Source: Podarcis vaucheri
Taxonomy: Eukaryota
Reading direction: 5' to 3' (one strand)
Assembly (NCBI GenBank): GCA_965113315.1
Contig: OZ220363.1
DNA: 64,000 nucleotides
The translations under genes were made by a program, and so were the position numbers. The notes under the pieces are model-generated. The model made no database searches. It saw nothing but the letters and a program-made list of their open reading frames with translations, and had not been told where the DNA came from. Positions 25,084 through 37,545 of this stretch are shown here, piece by piece. Positions within the stretch are counted from its first letter, which is position 1; the number at the start of each line of letters is the position of its first letter.

Positions 25084-25685
25084 TAGGGACGGGGGGGAAT
25101 CAATTCAGTTCTATTCACATTTTAATCTAAACCTAGATAATTGGTACTTCATGAACTAATATGTCAACTGAAAACACAGATATCCTTCAAAATTCACACC
25201 TGTCTAAATTTTGCGATGGAGTTCTCCAAACAACTAAAGGGTAGAATTCAACACCACCCAAAGAAGATCATTTCTGCTTGCCCGATGAAACAATTTCTCC
25301 TCTCTACTCTCCTCATGCTGTTCTGGAGTGTGTCTCTGTGTCTCCTAATCCTTTTAAGCCAATTTGGGGAGGGCACAGGGGTATGTGGGGAGAGGAGAAG
25401 CAGGGAGTCCCATTGCATGAGTACGGCTTATTGCGCTGGCTTCCGCTAGCACAACTTAGTTGAATCTGGCCCAGCTGAATCTACAAAAATGCATTGCATA
25501 AGAGGTATTTGCTTGCAAAAGCATGTATAGGTAGGAGAAAAGTGCACTAAACTACTGAACAATTTTCATGGAGTCTTGGGGAGGGGAAGAGAAATGCAAA
25601 ACTGGTGTTGAAAGTGGCAAATAGAAATTGAGATTAGAAATAACAGAAACTGAGAGAAACCAACATTGACATTTGCCCATCCCTA
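25084..25685. mobile_element. Older non-autonomous DNA transposon (TAGGGA...TCCCTA ends) with a nested ~230-bp TIR element (~25239-25472)
   Basis: TAGGGACGGG / CCCATCCCTA ends; internal GGGTAGAATTCAAC...GTTGAATCTGGCCC; interior related to 14700-14970. Confidence 0.5.
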
Positions 25686-26491
25686 CTGGAGACTTCAACA
25701 CAGCATCTCACAGCCAGTCCCTTCCTATCACGTGGCTGTACATCAAATCCCACAAAAAGGCCAGCGCAGATTACACTACCCAGAGTGCTTGAGAGACTGC
25801 CTTGAGAGACTTTTGCCACTATTTGTGGAATTTTCTGCTTTGCACTAAAATCGCAAAACTTGGCCAGATGGTTGCTTAAGATCAATGTAAGGGGGAAAGC
25901 CTTCCTAAGGGCCTAACTACACTACATGTTAACAATGTGAGTAAATCACATGCACTGTGATTGGTAAATTAAATGTCAGGCACAATTTCTATCAAGATCA
26001 TAGCAGATGGGGAGGGGAGGTTTAACACTTCCCTCCCCAACCACAATGTGTGCGCAATTTGTCTATTCCACACACTCCACCCCATGCAGAAATTAGCACT
26101 AGGGGGAGAAACTCCCTTTCCTGTCAGTGAAAAGACTTGGTGCAACTTTTCAGGGAATGGAGAGACGGGCTGAAAGCAAATTTTATTGTTTTGGCTGGAA
26201 TAAAATCTTCATTCAAATGGCCAGCTGCTTACAGATAAGAGGACTTAAAACTGCAGATTTATCTACCAGTATAAATTGACAATAAGAGGCGAAAAGAAAA
26301 GAAGGCATTCGCTCCACCGTATCCAAAATATCGAGCCACTTTTGTGTCCAATGGGACACCTGTTCACACACACGCACAGTAAAAATTAGGAATTGCCTTT
26401 CATTTTCCAGTTCTCTCAGCTAAAGATCTCTAGGATAGGCTGCAGGATGAATAGCGGTTCATATTCATCTCTTGCCAGAAATGCTGCTTAC

Positions 26492-26648
26492 CATACCCTG
26501 GAGGCTACAGGCATGCTGCGAAGATAGAAGGCGTTAATCCTTGAGTGGAACTTTGCAAGCCAAACCGGTCGCTTAATCGTGGTCAGGGTGTTTGCCAGTT
26601 TGCCAGATGGCATATTCCAAGAATATCTGCTCCTAGAGTGCCAGCCAA
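26492..26648 (-). other. Candidate exon ending exactly in ATG (possible MICALCL start exon or alternative MICAL2 tail exon)
   Basis: Strong acceptor tgtttggcttttctacttccag|; donor ATG|gtaagc; 157 nt; open in the phase-1 frame. Confidence 0.45.
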
Positions 26649-27430
26649 CTGGAAGTAGAAAAGCCAAACATACAAGCCCACTCACCACCTCCTTAGCTTG
26701 TGTTACTCCACAGTAATTTAGCACTGACAAGAAAAAGACAACCACCCCTAAATGACTCTTTAATATTCCTTTCTTGTAATCTAATGTTTTAACTAGCACT
26801 GGAAGATAGGAAAGGCTGGGAATAAAATCAAAGCATCCTATTTTTCTATTGATAGAGGGAGGAAAATATCCCCATGACAGCACATTTCTCACCAGAATCT
26901 CTGGATTCTTATTTACAGGTTTGGTTGTAGAAGTAGAATTTCTTCTTCTTCTAAGAGCTGTTGAACAGATGGCCAATGTTTACCTTCCTAATTCATTTGT
27001 CACATTCTCTTCCCCCCAGGTTCTGATCTTTCTGGAAACCTTGTAATGGTAATTAAGTGATAACTCAGAAAACAGCTGTACAGCATTGCCTAGGACTCTA
27101 ACAGAAGCGAAGTAAGTACATTACACAACGATGAGCAATACCAGTACAGGGGGTTGTTAATGTGCTTGCGGGCACACAGGTGCCCCCATGGGCATAGCCA
27201 GGATGGGGGGGGCAGCCCTTTTGTTAGGAGTGCAAAACCTCAGTTAGCTATGTATTTTTATTGATTTAGTGGGGGCAGCTGCCCTTCCTTGCTCCCCCTT
27301 GGCTACACCCATGGCACCCGCAGAGACATTCCCTGGCGCCCATTGGGGAATGTCCCCCCTCTGTTTGATGAAAGAGGCTTGAAAGCAACAGTTTTTGGTA
27401 CCCAACACAGTTGTAGTATGTACTTTGTTG

Positions 27431-27432
<2 letters not shown>

Positions 27433-27472
<40 letters not shown>
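27433..27472. repeat. (GT)n microsatellite
   Basis: Direct reading. Confidence 0.95.
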
Positions 27473-27473
<1 letters not shown>

Positions 27474-28247
27474 GCTCATGTAATTTTATCCAATTTCAAA
27501 ATGAGCCCCTGGGCCCAAACAGCTTGGCGGTCTCTGAACCAGCATATTGCCATAAAAGTTAATTTCATCGCATGCCACAATGAGGGAAAAGTAGCTTTTT
27601 AGCTGTATTTTTAATGTCAGACAAGGGTCGGGAATCAAGACTCCACAGAGACCTGCCGAATGTTACTTCCTATTTGGCTGATTCTGTTTACAAAAAAGAA
27701 GAGTGGGGGGAAAGAATTGGAAACTCGAGAAGTGTTATGCTGGCCCCAAGTGTACACATCTAACGAGGCTGACATTATCCTCCCCATTTCAAAGCACTGG
27801 CTTCCCATAGATGTTTTCAAAGCAGTTTCTCGACATCAAGGAGTTGGACACTGCCCAACCTTGAGAGAAGCCCACAGTCGGGCGGAGGACCAAACCACCA
27901 TTCTTTTAGGGCTAAACTGCATGTGATGGCAGCAGAGCTGTGCGCAGGATCAGGCCAGCTGCCCAGATCCCTATCAAGTGACAGGACAAGGAGAAAGATC
28001 AAGCCCAGCAGAGGTGGGCACCACTGAAATCGTGTCCCCTCCTCCCTTCAAATATCTGAAGCAGCTCCGCTAGAAGAAGAATGATTGGGAAAGAATGACT
28101 GTGGGTTGGCTGAGCTCCCCCTTGCCCCATTTTTAGGAATGCTTCCATCCTTGGCTAGCCCCTGCTGGCCCACTGCCCAGGGGTACCTCGATTTGGATGT
28201 AAAACTTCGCCCAGCTTGTTTACAATGGGAGGGAAGCATCTACTTAC

Positions 28248-28338
28248 CTTATTGCAATTTGAAGGAACACTTGTGGTTTGTAACTCTAGATATGTTTATG
28301 CAGGTGAGAATGCAGAGAATCAGGGGCGAAAAGATACT
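28248..28338 (-). other. Candidate non-coding 5' exon of an internally initiated transcript
   Basis: Perfect donor AAG|GTAAGT at 28248; gtttttag| acceptor at 28338; a second perfect donor AGG|GTAAGT at 28575. Confidence 0.3.
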
Positions 28339-29020
28339 CTAAAAACCTTCACCGCTGTGCAATTAGTTCACTCAAAGTCTAACCCATAAAAATTGGCAGG
28401 CCCAATCTGCGAACTATTGACTCTCCCCCTCCCATTTCTTTCTCTCTTTTTTTGGGTGCTGCCCCCAACTCTTAGGTGAAGATTTAGGGGGCACAAGAGG
28501 CTGGAGTGGGGAATTCCCTTAGATGAGGGTCCTTTCCTCGTGAATACATAGTAGACACCAGCCACTCTACTTACCCTAAAACAGAAGAAGCGTTCACCGC
28601 AGAAAATTTAAACATTTCCTAAACAGCAGCCATGTATCAAAGTGTTATTAGAAGCCGGAGTGAAGGAGGAGAAATAATCACACACTTAACGTGCTGCTTT
28701 CATTCAGACACAACCATTATACATAATCATCAGAGCAATCTATGCTAGTCTGGGACGTTAATAGCTGCTGTCACAGCCTAACAAGCATAGAACTGCAGCG
28801 TCCAAGGCCGTTACAGCCAGTGCATGATAAGAAGCCAATGAAGAGCCATCAATCATTACTGGACCGAGAAATGTCAGTTTAGCCACATCACTCAACACTA
28901 TAGGAACACCAAAACTCATTGACAATGTAACACGCAAGGGGTCTCTAACTTGGGACTCTGCAGCATGAGCCAAGGGTCTTGCTCTGGCTTGTGGGCCCTG
29001 GGTGGAAGTGATTTTTTCAT

Positions 29021-29500
29021 GTGGCAGAGGGACTTCTCGGTAGTGGTGGCCGCCCTGTGGAGCGCCCTCCCATCAGATGTCAAGGAAATAAACAACTACA
29101 GTGGTACCTCGGGTTACATACGCTTCAGGTTACAGACTCTGCTAACAAAGAAATAGGGCTTCAGGTTAAGAACTTTGCTTCAGGATGAGAACAGAAATTG
29201 TGCTCCGGCGGTGCGGCAACAGCAGGAGGCCCCAGTAGCTAAAGTGGTGTTTCAGGTTAAGAACAGTTTCAGGTTAAGTACGGGCCTCCGGAACGAATTA
29301 AGTACTTAACGCGAGGTACCACTGTATCTGACTTTCAAAAGACATCTGAAGGCAACCCTGTTTAGGGAAGTTTTTAATGTCTGATCTTTTATCGTGTTTA
29401 TAATATTCTGTTGGGAGCCGCCCAGAGTGGCTGGGGAAACCCAGCTAGATGAGTGGGGCATAAAAATATTACTATTATTATTACTATTATTATTATTATA
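29021..29500 (+). mobile_element. L2 3' fragment split by a MITE
   Basis: Matches the reverse complement of 10004-10230 on both sides of the insertion; (TAT)n tail. Confidence 0.88.
29099..29324. mobile_element. Tc1/mariner-type MITE inserted in L2
   Basis: CAGTGGTACCTCG TIRs; duplicated TA inside AACAAC-TA-TCTGAC. Confidence 0.93.
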
Positions 29501-30568
29501 TAGTATAGCAAGCACCACTATAGAAGGCAAGTTTTAGAGGACCACATAGGTAGTAGGCACACATGCAAGAACCAACAGATGTGTTGAACTTATAACAATA
29601 CTACTTTGTAGATAATTAACTGAACATGGCTTCTGTCTCAAAGCATCACTGAGGAAACTTTTGTTTAAGTCACTATTCTTGCTCTCTGTACAATGCTGCT
29701 GTAAGAGCTTGGATCTTTTTCTTCTCTAACACAGAGAATTCTTTTTAAAAAACAACAAATTGCTTTTTGGTGATCTGGGAAGGCTTTTACTTTAGAGAAA
29801 TACATGAACAACAAATAGCAAAATTAAGTGAAGAGGAATAGATTTGGAGCAGAACTTGCGCAGAAAATTAGTTGTGGGTGAATTAATTGAAGATTAACTG
29901 ATCTGGGCGAGATATTAATTTGTAATTTAATTTGATACCATTCATGGATGAATCAAAGTATATTTATTAGAGGATTAATTTGGATGGGAAATGAACTGGC
30001 TCGCCTTCTGTTAGGCAGGTAGAATTAAATGAGTGTTTTAGTGTTTTGAGGCTCCGACACTCTGCCTCTGCCATACTCAGAAGGCAAGCTGGTGTGAGTA
30101 AGCTTCCTTCCAAGAAACTGAGACAATGCTGTTTTGTTGCAATAGCAAATCTGGGGCCAAATGGGTGGTTCACTACTGGGGCACCAGATTCAGCTTCTGC
30201 CTTGCACTCTGCTTGTGGTCTTAGGCAGCAGCTGTCTAGTCCAGTACACTCGGTGTGTAGTTGTGATCAGCCAAATGCCTTAGAAATCTCAAAAGCAGTG
30301 GGGCATGACAACATACTATGGTGAAGTATATTGCATTTCTGCTTAATTATAGTAATTACTTATAGTGATTATCTTAAAATTTGAATCCATGCATATACAT
30401 ATATCAGCATATGCAAATTTTATGCATAATTCATGTGGCCCTTTGGCAGGAAGGAAATGGATCAGTAAAAAAAAGAAAGAAAAGAGGACTAAAGTGGCCA
30501 CCCAGACCTCAGAGGGCACCAAAGATATTAACAGGAAGAGCACCAGAAATTTATGGAGAACTGAAATA

Positions 30569-30923
30569 CAGTGGTACCTCGCAAGATGAATGCCTCGCAA
30601 GACAAAAAACTCGCTAGACGAAAGGGTTTTTGGTTTTTTGAGTTGCTTCGCAAGACGATTTTCCCTATGGGCTTGCTTCGCAAGACGGAAACGTCTTGCA
30701 AGTTTGTTTCCTTTTTCTTAACACTGTTAATACAGTTGCGACTTGACTTCGAGGAGCAACTCATAGAACGTGGTGTGGTAGCCTTTTTTGAGGTTTTTAA
30801 AGACTTTGGTGATTTTTGAAGCTTTTCCAAAACTTTCCCGACACTATGCTTCGCAAGACGAAAAAAAACGCAAGACGACAAAACTCGCGGAATGAATTAA
30901 TTTCGTCTTGCGAGGCACCACTG
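30569..30923. mobile_element. Tc1/mariner-type MITE (CGCAAGACG subterminal repeat family)
   Basis: CAGTGGTACCTCGCAAGA / TCTTGCGAGGCACCACTG, TA TSD; related to 61684-62099. Confidence 0.92.
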
Positions 30924-31812
30924 TAAAGGCCCTTAAAAGCTGCTCCATGCGATTTGTGATTAAATTAAAAGAAACTCTGGGAAATCTTGTATTAAAAACA
31001 CATGAAATATGAGAACCAAGCATAAAACGCTTGGGCACTCAAAGTTCTGTTTGGAAAGCAATTTAAGAGACAAGAGGGAGATGGCAAGTTTTTCAAGTAA
31101 TACTGAGCAGATAGCCTGTGTGAAAGAATAAGATACGGTACTTAACTTCAATACCAAGGCACACATAGCTATAGTTTATTATTGTGCGCCGAGAAGTGGT
31201 GGTGTATTAATTCTCAATACAACTTTATTGTTACTTCTGAACTCTTAAAGTCACCTTGGGGCTCCTTGGGATCAAAAGACAGGAAAAGGAATGTAATAAT
31301 AAAGAAGACATTGAGGCATTTGAAGGCGGAACAGTAATAAGGCTGGTTCCTGCTGAAAGTGCTTGTGGTTATTTATAAAGGCAAAATGCATATACCTCCC
31401 AAATTCTCCAAGTTCACTTCCAACTGTCCAAGAGCTTCTATGTTTATGTAAGCAAAGGTTTAGGGTGGAGTGTTTCACGGACAAGGGAAAGGGGGAGAAA
31501 ATAGTTATGGAAAGAAATCCAATGTATACAAGAGTTATCTACAGTGTGGTCTAGTCAGGGCTTATGAATTATAACTTTGATAAAGTCATCCAGATGTTCA
31601 ATTGCTTCTTGCTCTAGCACAGCTGATTTCAATAAGTGGTTTGGGAGCGAGTAGACTGTCAGTAGGGATTGATTGGGGAACTACACAAAAAGATAATAGG
31701 GTATGAATCATTTGCATATCAGGGATTGGAACGAACAAGGAGAGCCCTGAGGAAAGGGTGGGATTTATTACTGACACCTTTGCAGCAGTGGAGAACCTTG
31801 GGTTATCTAGAT

Positions 31813-31948
31813 CAGGCATAGGCAAACTTGGCCCTTCAGATGTTTTGGGACTACAACTCCTGTCATCCCTGACCACTGGTCCTGTTAGCTAGGGATGATG
31901 GGACTTGTAGTCCCAAAACATCTGGAGGGCCAAGTTTGCCTATGCCTG
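31813..31948. mobile_element. hAT MITE (near-palindromic)
   Basis: TIR CAGGCATAGGCAAACTTGGCCCT; perfect 8-bp TSD ATCTAGAT. Confidence 0.93.
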
Positions 31949-33744
31949 ATCTAGATGCTGCTAGAGTACAGCTGTCTCTTCTTTTTTAAAGTGATCCATA
32001 AGCCATCCTGGAAGCCTGTTTGACTGAAGACCAGGATCCAACTTCCTTAGATTAGAAACCAAATAACAAAACTCCCTTTATATCTGACCATTGACCATGT
32101 TGCCTGGGTTTAATGGGAACTGGAGTCCAGCAGCATCTGGAGTCATGGGTTGTCTGCCACTGCCTTATAGCAGAAATACTTGGCAAAACCCTGCTTTTAA
32201 AAGAGTAGACTAATCCGAAAGGGAGAACCCAAAAGGAATTTGCTCCCCTTCCTCCCGCTGAAATTAACCAACTGCTTGAGAGGGGAACAGCCTCAGAGAA
32301 AAGTGCAGCTCCTTCCAGCATGATTTCTCTGCCCCTCCCAAGTATCACTTCAGAGATTTATTCATTCGTTTCATAAAATTTATACACCGCTTCTTTGTAA
32401 AAAATCCTCAAAGCAGTTTTTACAAAAGATAAAGCAGTAAAACCAAGAAAAGTTTACAACCCTGCTCTAAAACATACAAAAAGTTAAAATACTACAGCGG
32501 TTTAAAATAAGCTCAACTTTCTAAATATCTGGGTAGCCTTGTCTAAACAGGAATGCTTTAGCAGTAAAGTTAAGGTGTTGCCTGATCTCAAAAGGGCAGC
32601 TGAGGCGGCTCAGTTCCATTTGCCCCCCGCCCCATGGTAACTGGTGTAGTTGTGGAGAAACTGGCCCACAGAAACCAGCATGGTGTAGTATCTCTGAGCC
32701 TCTGAACTGGGACTCGAGTTAGGCCAAGAGGAAGCAAACTTGGAGCAAGATTTCCAGCACAATTCAGACCAGTGAACAGTACCTTTGCATCCACCATCTG
32801 CAGGCAAATATATTCCCTCCGTAGCACCAAGGCAATTCACAATTTAGGAATGTTGACACCTTCATTTCTCTGTAAAGGTAGGCACATCTCCAGGGGATAT
32901 TCCCAGCAGCACATAGCAATGTCCAGGTGCTAAGGCATTGGTCTGCTAGGGTGGAGGTTTTGTGGTCAGATGAAAGGGAGATGGGCCTTGTTTCTTCTTG
33001 GCAGAGTACAAACACTCCCTGGTGTTCCTAGTGATCTACCAACAGTAGAGACTGGACTATGTCCACAGGGTACACTTTTCAAGTGCTCCCTTCTGGAGCC
33101 TGTATTTCATTCCACTACACATATTTTCTCCCACTGTCCATAACCACAGTTTAGTATTACATCAGTACTCACCGTAACCACGGCTAAGACTAATCAAGTT
33201 CTTTCTATCTTGGGTTCACAATGAGCACTAGAGGCTTGTTTCCAAACAGATTAAAATGGTGTCATTTGAAACAATATTTCACCCCGATTAGAGAGAGAAA
33301 GATGTGCTTCCACAAAACAAAATGAAAATGCAGCAATAAAGATGTTCTCAAGACCCAGAGGATGAACTGCAAAAGGCAAGTGAGCATGTTTCGTGCTTAA
33401 TGAAGGTTTGCAGTTTCTAGGTTTTTGAGCCGCATTCTAAAATGTTACCATTCAGCAACATTTTTAATGCCTTTGAGCTACAGCATGGATGTTGAACTCC
33501 AACTCCCATCAACCACAATCGCTTGTCTTGCTGGCGGGGGCTGATGGGAGTTTTGAGTCCAAAAACATCTAGAGGGCACCAAGTGCCTCAAACCCCTGAA
33601 CCATGAAGTAGGAAAATACAAAGTAGAGCATGATTTCCATCATATGAGAACCCAAACAGCGGCAGAGTTTGAAACGATACCTCGTCAGAGCAGAGTGTGT
33701 TTTCAAAGGAAGAAAGGAAACAATCATGTTTATAGAGAACTACA

Positions 33745-33750
33745 TTTATT
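33745..33750 (-). promoter_or_regulatory. Candidate AATAAA polyadenylation signal for the short MICAL2 isoforms
   Basis: Minus-strand AATAAA after a U-rich UTR-like tract and followed by a GU/U-rich element (GATTGTTTCCTTTCTTCC). Confidence 0.45.
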
Positions 33751-35440
33751 TGTTTACAGCCAGTCTAAAAAGTTAAACATTCACCGTGTGCAAAATACAA
33801 ATTTCCATGTGATAGTTTTACTTATTTTAGAAAAAAAGAAAGAAAACACCCTAATAAAAATGTTCAGTTAAGTTTCAGAGGCAAAAAAATTAAATAAATC
33901 AAAGGTCTGAAATGAGTAGAAGAGGGACAGAATCCTCATTGGCATTGTTTAAGAAATGAAGGCTCTGCAACAGAAAAAAAGAATAAAGTATAGCAAGAAA
34001 CAGAGATAGAGACTTTGCCATCAGAAATCCCATTGATGAAACATGCAAGGAGTTTAAGTTAGTCACAGCAAACAAGAATCATGCTGTTAAGAAACGTAGA
34101 TACTCTTTCATAACCTTTAATTTGGGTGGTGGTGAGAAATGAAATTTAGAAAACAAGATCCATCAGTTCTCTAAGTGAATCCCCCCCCCCAGTGCTTTGG
34201 ATTGTTTAAGAGCAGAATCTACTTCTTAAGTACTAGATATATCATTTTTTTCTGAACAGGAGAAGCATCTCCCTTAGTCTTACTGTACAAGTAGTTGCTT
34301 TCCTGCAATAGTAAAGTGATTATGCAAGAGAAAGCTTTCCTATGGGGGGGGGAATGCCCTTTCTAAGAACGACTCAAAAGAATTGTATGGTCCAGCATAG
34401 GACAGAGGAAGAACGTAGTATTTTGAGAAAAATATTGGAGTATCAGCACATTATTGTCAGAAATGGCAAACCCTGCATTTTTTCCAATCTTTAAAGTGTC
34501 TAAATAGTCACCCTTTCTCATAGGGTGTTGGGGCTCTGAGAATGATGTTGCAGGCATTGTCCCATAGGTGCTAATGACAACACAACATCAAGTTTATCAT
34601 GTGTAGATCTGGAATTGGGTGGAGCTTCTCTGACAGAACTATCTCACCTCAAGACACTGGTGGCTGGGCACTGCCTTTGCTATAAGCAAGTCGGTGAGGT
34701 CAGTGAAGAGTGAAAGTTCTCCTCCATCTCCTTTCTTGACACAGGTGTTTTAGCAGCCATTATCTTGCTTGGCCAAATTCTTAGCATGTCTAAGACATGG
34801 CTGGTAAGTTCTTGCTATTTGCAAAGCTACACTTGGCTAATCATAGAAGTTTAACCAGGCAGCAAAGTCAATGGCATGGGTGCACCCTAAGAAAAATACA
34901 TACACATGATGGCCATTTCAGGCACATCCAAATGACGCCCAACACGTGAGTCCTTTTGGACCTGGAAGAGGGAAGAACGGGGGCAGAAGGGGGGCATGGC
35001 AAAATGGGCCGGGGCGCATTTATATCTGCTCCACTGACATGTGTGGGGGCCAGGGATAGAACCCTCACACTAAATGGTCATTGCCTGTACTGCATTAGCA
35101 TGGAAGTGCTTTGAATGGTATATTTCAACAGATGAATCAGCATAACACATATAGTAACATTATCCTGGTGATACAGCAACAATCTTCTTACTTTTAAGAT
35201 TTATTTATAGCCTGCCTTCTTCTATGACAGGACTCAAGGTGGCTTACAGATATTACAGGTAACCTTGCATTTGCAGTTTGATGTTAGAAACAATTAAGGA
35301 TTCACATTTTAAGGTTTTGTTTCGAAACACTTAGGACTCTGAAATGTCTTACTTGCTTATCAAATGAATACATTTAATACCTACGCACATCTAAATTACT
35401 TTTGGTTCTGAGCCTTTAAAAGTAGTCTGTACAGCTAGAA

Positions 35441-35931
35441 CAGTGTTTCCCAACCGGTGTTCCGCGGCACACGAGTGTGCCGTGAGACATCGGCTGGTGT
35501 GCCGCGAGATACCTGGAGGGAGGCGGGCGAGTCGGGCGGCGAGAGGCGGGGCGGCGGCGGCGAGGAGAGGTCGCGCCTCCTGCTGCTGCCTGGCGCTCCT
35601 CCTCGCAGCCGGCAGCGCTGCCTGGGCGCCTCCGCGCGACTCTGCCTCGCTGGGTTTGGTCTCCCAGCAGAGACGGGTCACACGCGCCCCTCCCTCCCTC
35701 CCTCAGCCTGCGCGGAGGGAGAGCCAGAGAGAGGCATCGCTCCTGCGCTCCGAGGCGGATTGAGCGCAGATGAGAGGAGCTGCCGAGGGAAAAAACTTTC
35801 ACTTTTGTGCGTCCCTCCCGGCGTGACGCTGCGCGCTGACGTCACGGGGCGGGGCTTTAATGGTGGTGTGCCACGAGATTTTTTTTCAGTAAACAGGTGT
35901 GCCGTTGCCCAAAAACGTTTGGGAAACACTG
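35441..35931. mobile_element. Young CpG-rich non-autonomous hAT (Charlie-like) element
   Basis: TIR CAGTGTTTCCCAA...TTGGGAAACACTG; perfect 8-bp TSD AGCTAGAA (35433-35440, 35932-35939). Confidence 0.93.
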
Positions 35932-36938
35932 AGCTAGAATATAATTCACTATTCTCTTCTAGTATTTACTATAGTTAGAACTATAGTTTAGTGACAGCCA
36001 AGCAGACTCAAACCCTTCCTTGCACACTTAATCTTTTTCTACTGCAAATAGAAAATAGCTTTAATAAAACCTATTTATGAGTCAATTTATGAAACGTAAA
36101 AAAAATATATCCACCCAGCATACATGCAGATAGATGAGAGAAATTATGGGGAAAGGGATAAAAATAAACCAAATGGTTTTTTACCAAATTGTCAACTACA
36201 AGGCAGGTTAAATGATAACGCAGAAACTTCTCTTTTAGTTAGAACACAAACTACTTCAAATGGCCTTTGTAACATTGGCAGAAAATATTAGGGATTAGTC
36301 ACAACACTCGAAAAATGATAGCAAAACAGTACAATCATCTTACAGCAGAAATGGTTCAGCCAATGAGAGGATGTAGCACTGGAATGTTGAAATGAACTAA
36401 AGACAAGGTAAGAGATTGGGAAAGAAGATAGTCAAAACTAGCTAACAATAAAGCCTTTGAAAGAAAAGATTGCTAGACACAATCTAACATTGCAAAGTAG
36501 AGAAAAGTATGCCGAAATGAAATTGCCTGCCTTCATTGATAAAAAGAAGAATATTTAACAACCATTATCAGCTACATTTCAAGTATCAAATATATAGCAG
36601 TTACAGAAGACCCTCTGTTGTTTCAAATCTCTTTTTGAAAATGAGTGTGACTCTGAACCATCACCTTGACATAAAGTAAACATGACTCAATTTATCTGAG
36701 CAAGACTTTGGACACACATTGACCACATATGGAGCCCCCTTTGTTTTCCAAACACATCTTCAAAGCTGCATTGCTTCTAGGTTAATATGCAGCTGACTCA
36801 GAAGCACCAAAGTGATCAAACACCACATGGGTTTGGGTGGACATGTGATCATCACGATGCCAAACACTGCACCAAGAAAACTGTGGCCTCCTGTAGTGGT
36901 GAAGTGCATGACACAGAAATTTTGATTATCCAAGTTTT

Positions 36939-36976
36939 TTATGACCAAAAGTGAATGGATAACGAGGCAAAATTGT
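36939..36976 (-). CDS. MICAL2: Short alternative terminal exon coding part (D)NFASLSIHFWS*
   Basis: ctggtag| acceptor, phase 1 matches the 40882 donor; similar in position, length and F/H placement to the remembered human tail VHFSLPVLHPLLG*. Confidence 0.55.
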
Positions 36977-37324
36977 CTACCAGCAATGTGAGACCCCTTC
37001 CAAGTTCACTGATAGTTTTAAAATACTAGTGCAAGTTACTGTACGTATAACTAAGCAGTTATATGGTACACTCTTGTCAAAATCTGATTTGCTTGAGATG
37101 TTGCTAATCTTAGGTTTAATTCTCAACCCTTTCTGTTCTTCACAGCAACCCATTATGCTGAAAATCATGAAAATCATATATTATATTAATATATGCTGAA
37201 AATCATATATCACAGTTCCTACTACAACACTATTCTCAGGGTGCATGCTTTAAAAAACACAACACCATTAATTTTCATTAACTGCATAGAGTTGCATTTG
37301 GGTAGATTATGTGGTACCCTCCAG

Positions 37325-37545
37325 ATAATAATAATAATTTTATTATTTCTACCCTGTGCACCTGACTGGGTTGCCCCAGCCACTCTGGGAGGCTTCCAAC
37401 AAATATAAAAGCATAATAAAACATCAAACATTAAAAACTTCAGATGTCTTATAGCTATTTATCTCCTTGACATCTCATGGGAGGGCATTCCACAGGGTGA
37501 GCGCCACTACCGAGAAGGCTCTCTGCCTGGTTCCCTGTGACTTCC
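37325..37545 (-). mobile_element. L2 3' fragment
   Basis: Similar to 10004-10235 with internal deletions; (TAA)n at the left end. Confidence 0.8.

Noticed and set aside
30569-30923. Regularly spaced CGCAAGACG repeats resembling a CRISPR-like array
   Set aside because: These are subterminal repeats of a TA-flanked MITE in a vertebrate genome; spacing is irregular and there are no cas genes.
35391-35978. Several GC-rich ORFs of 83-173 aa on both strands
   Set aside because: They lie within the hAT element; high GC suppresses stop codons and no domain is recognisable.
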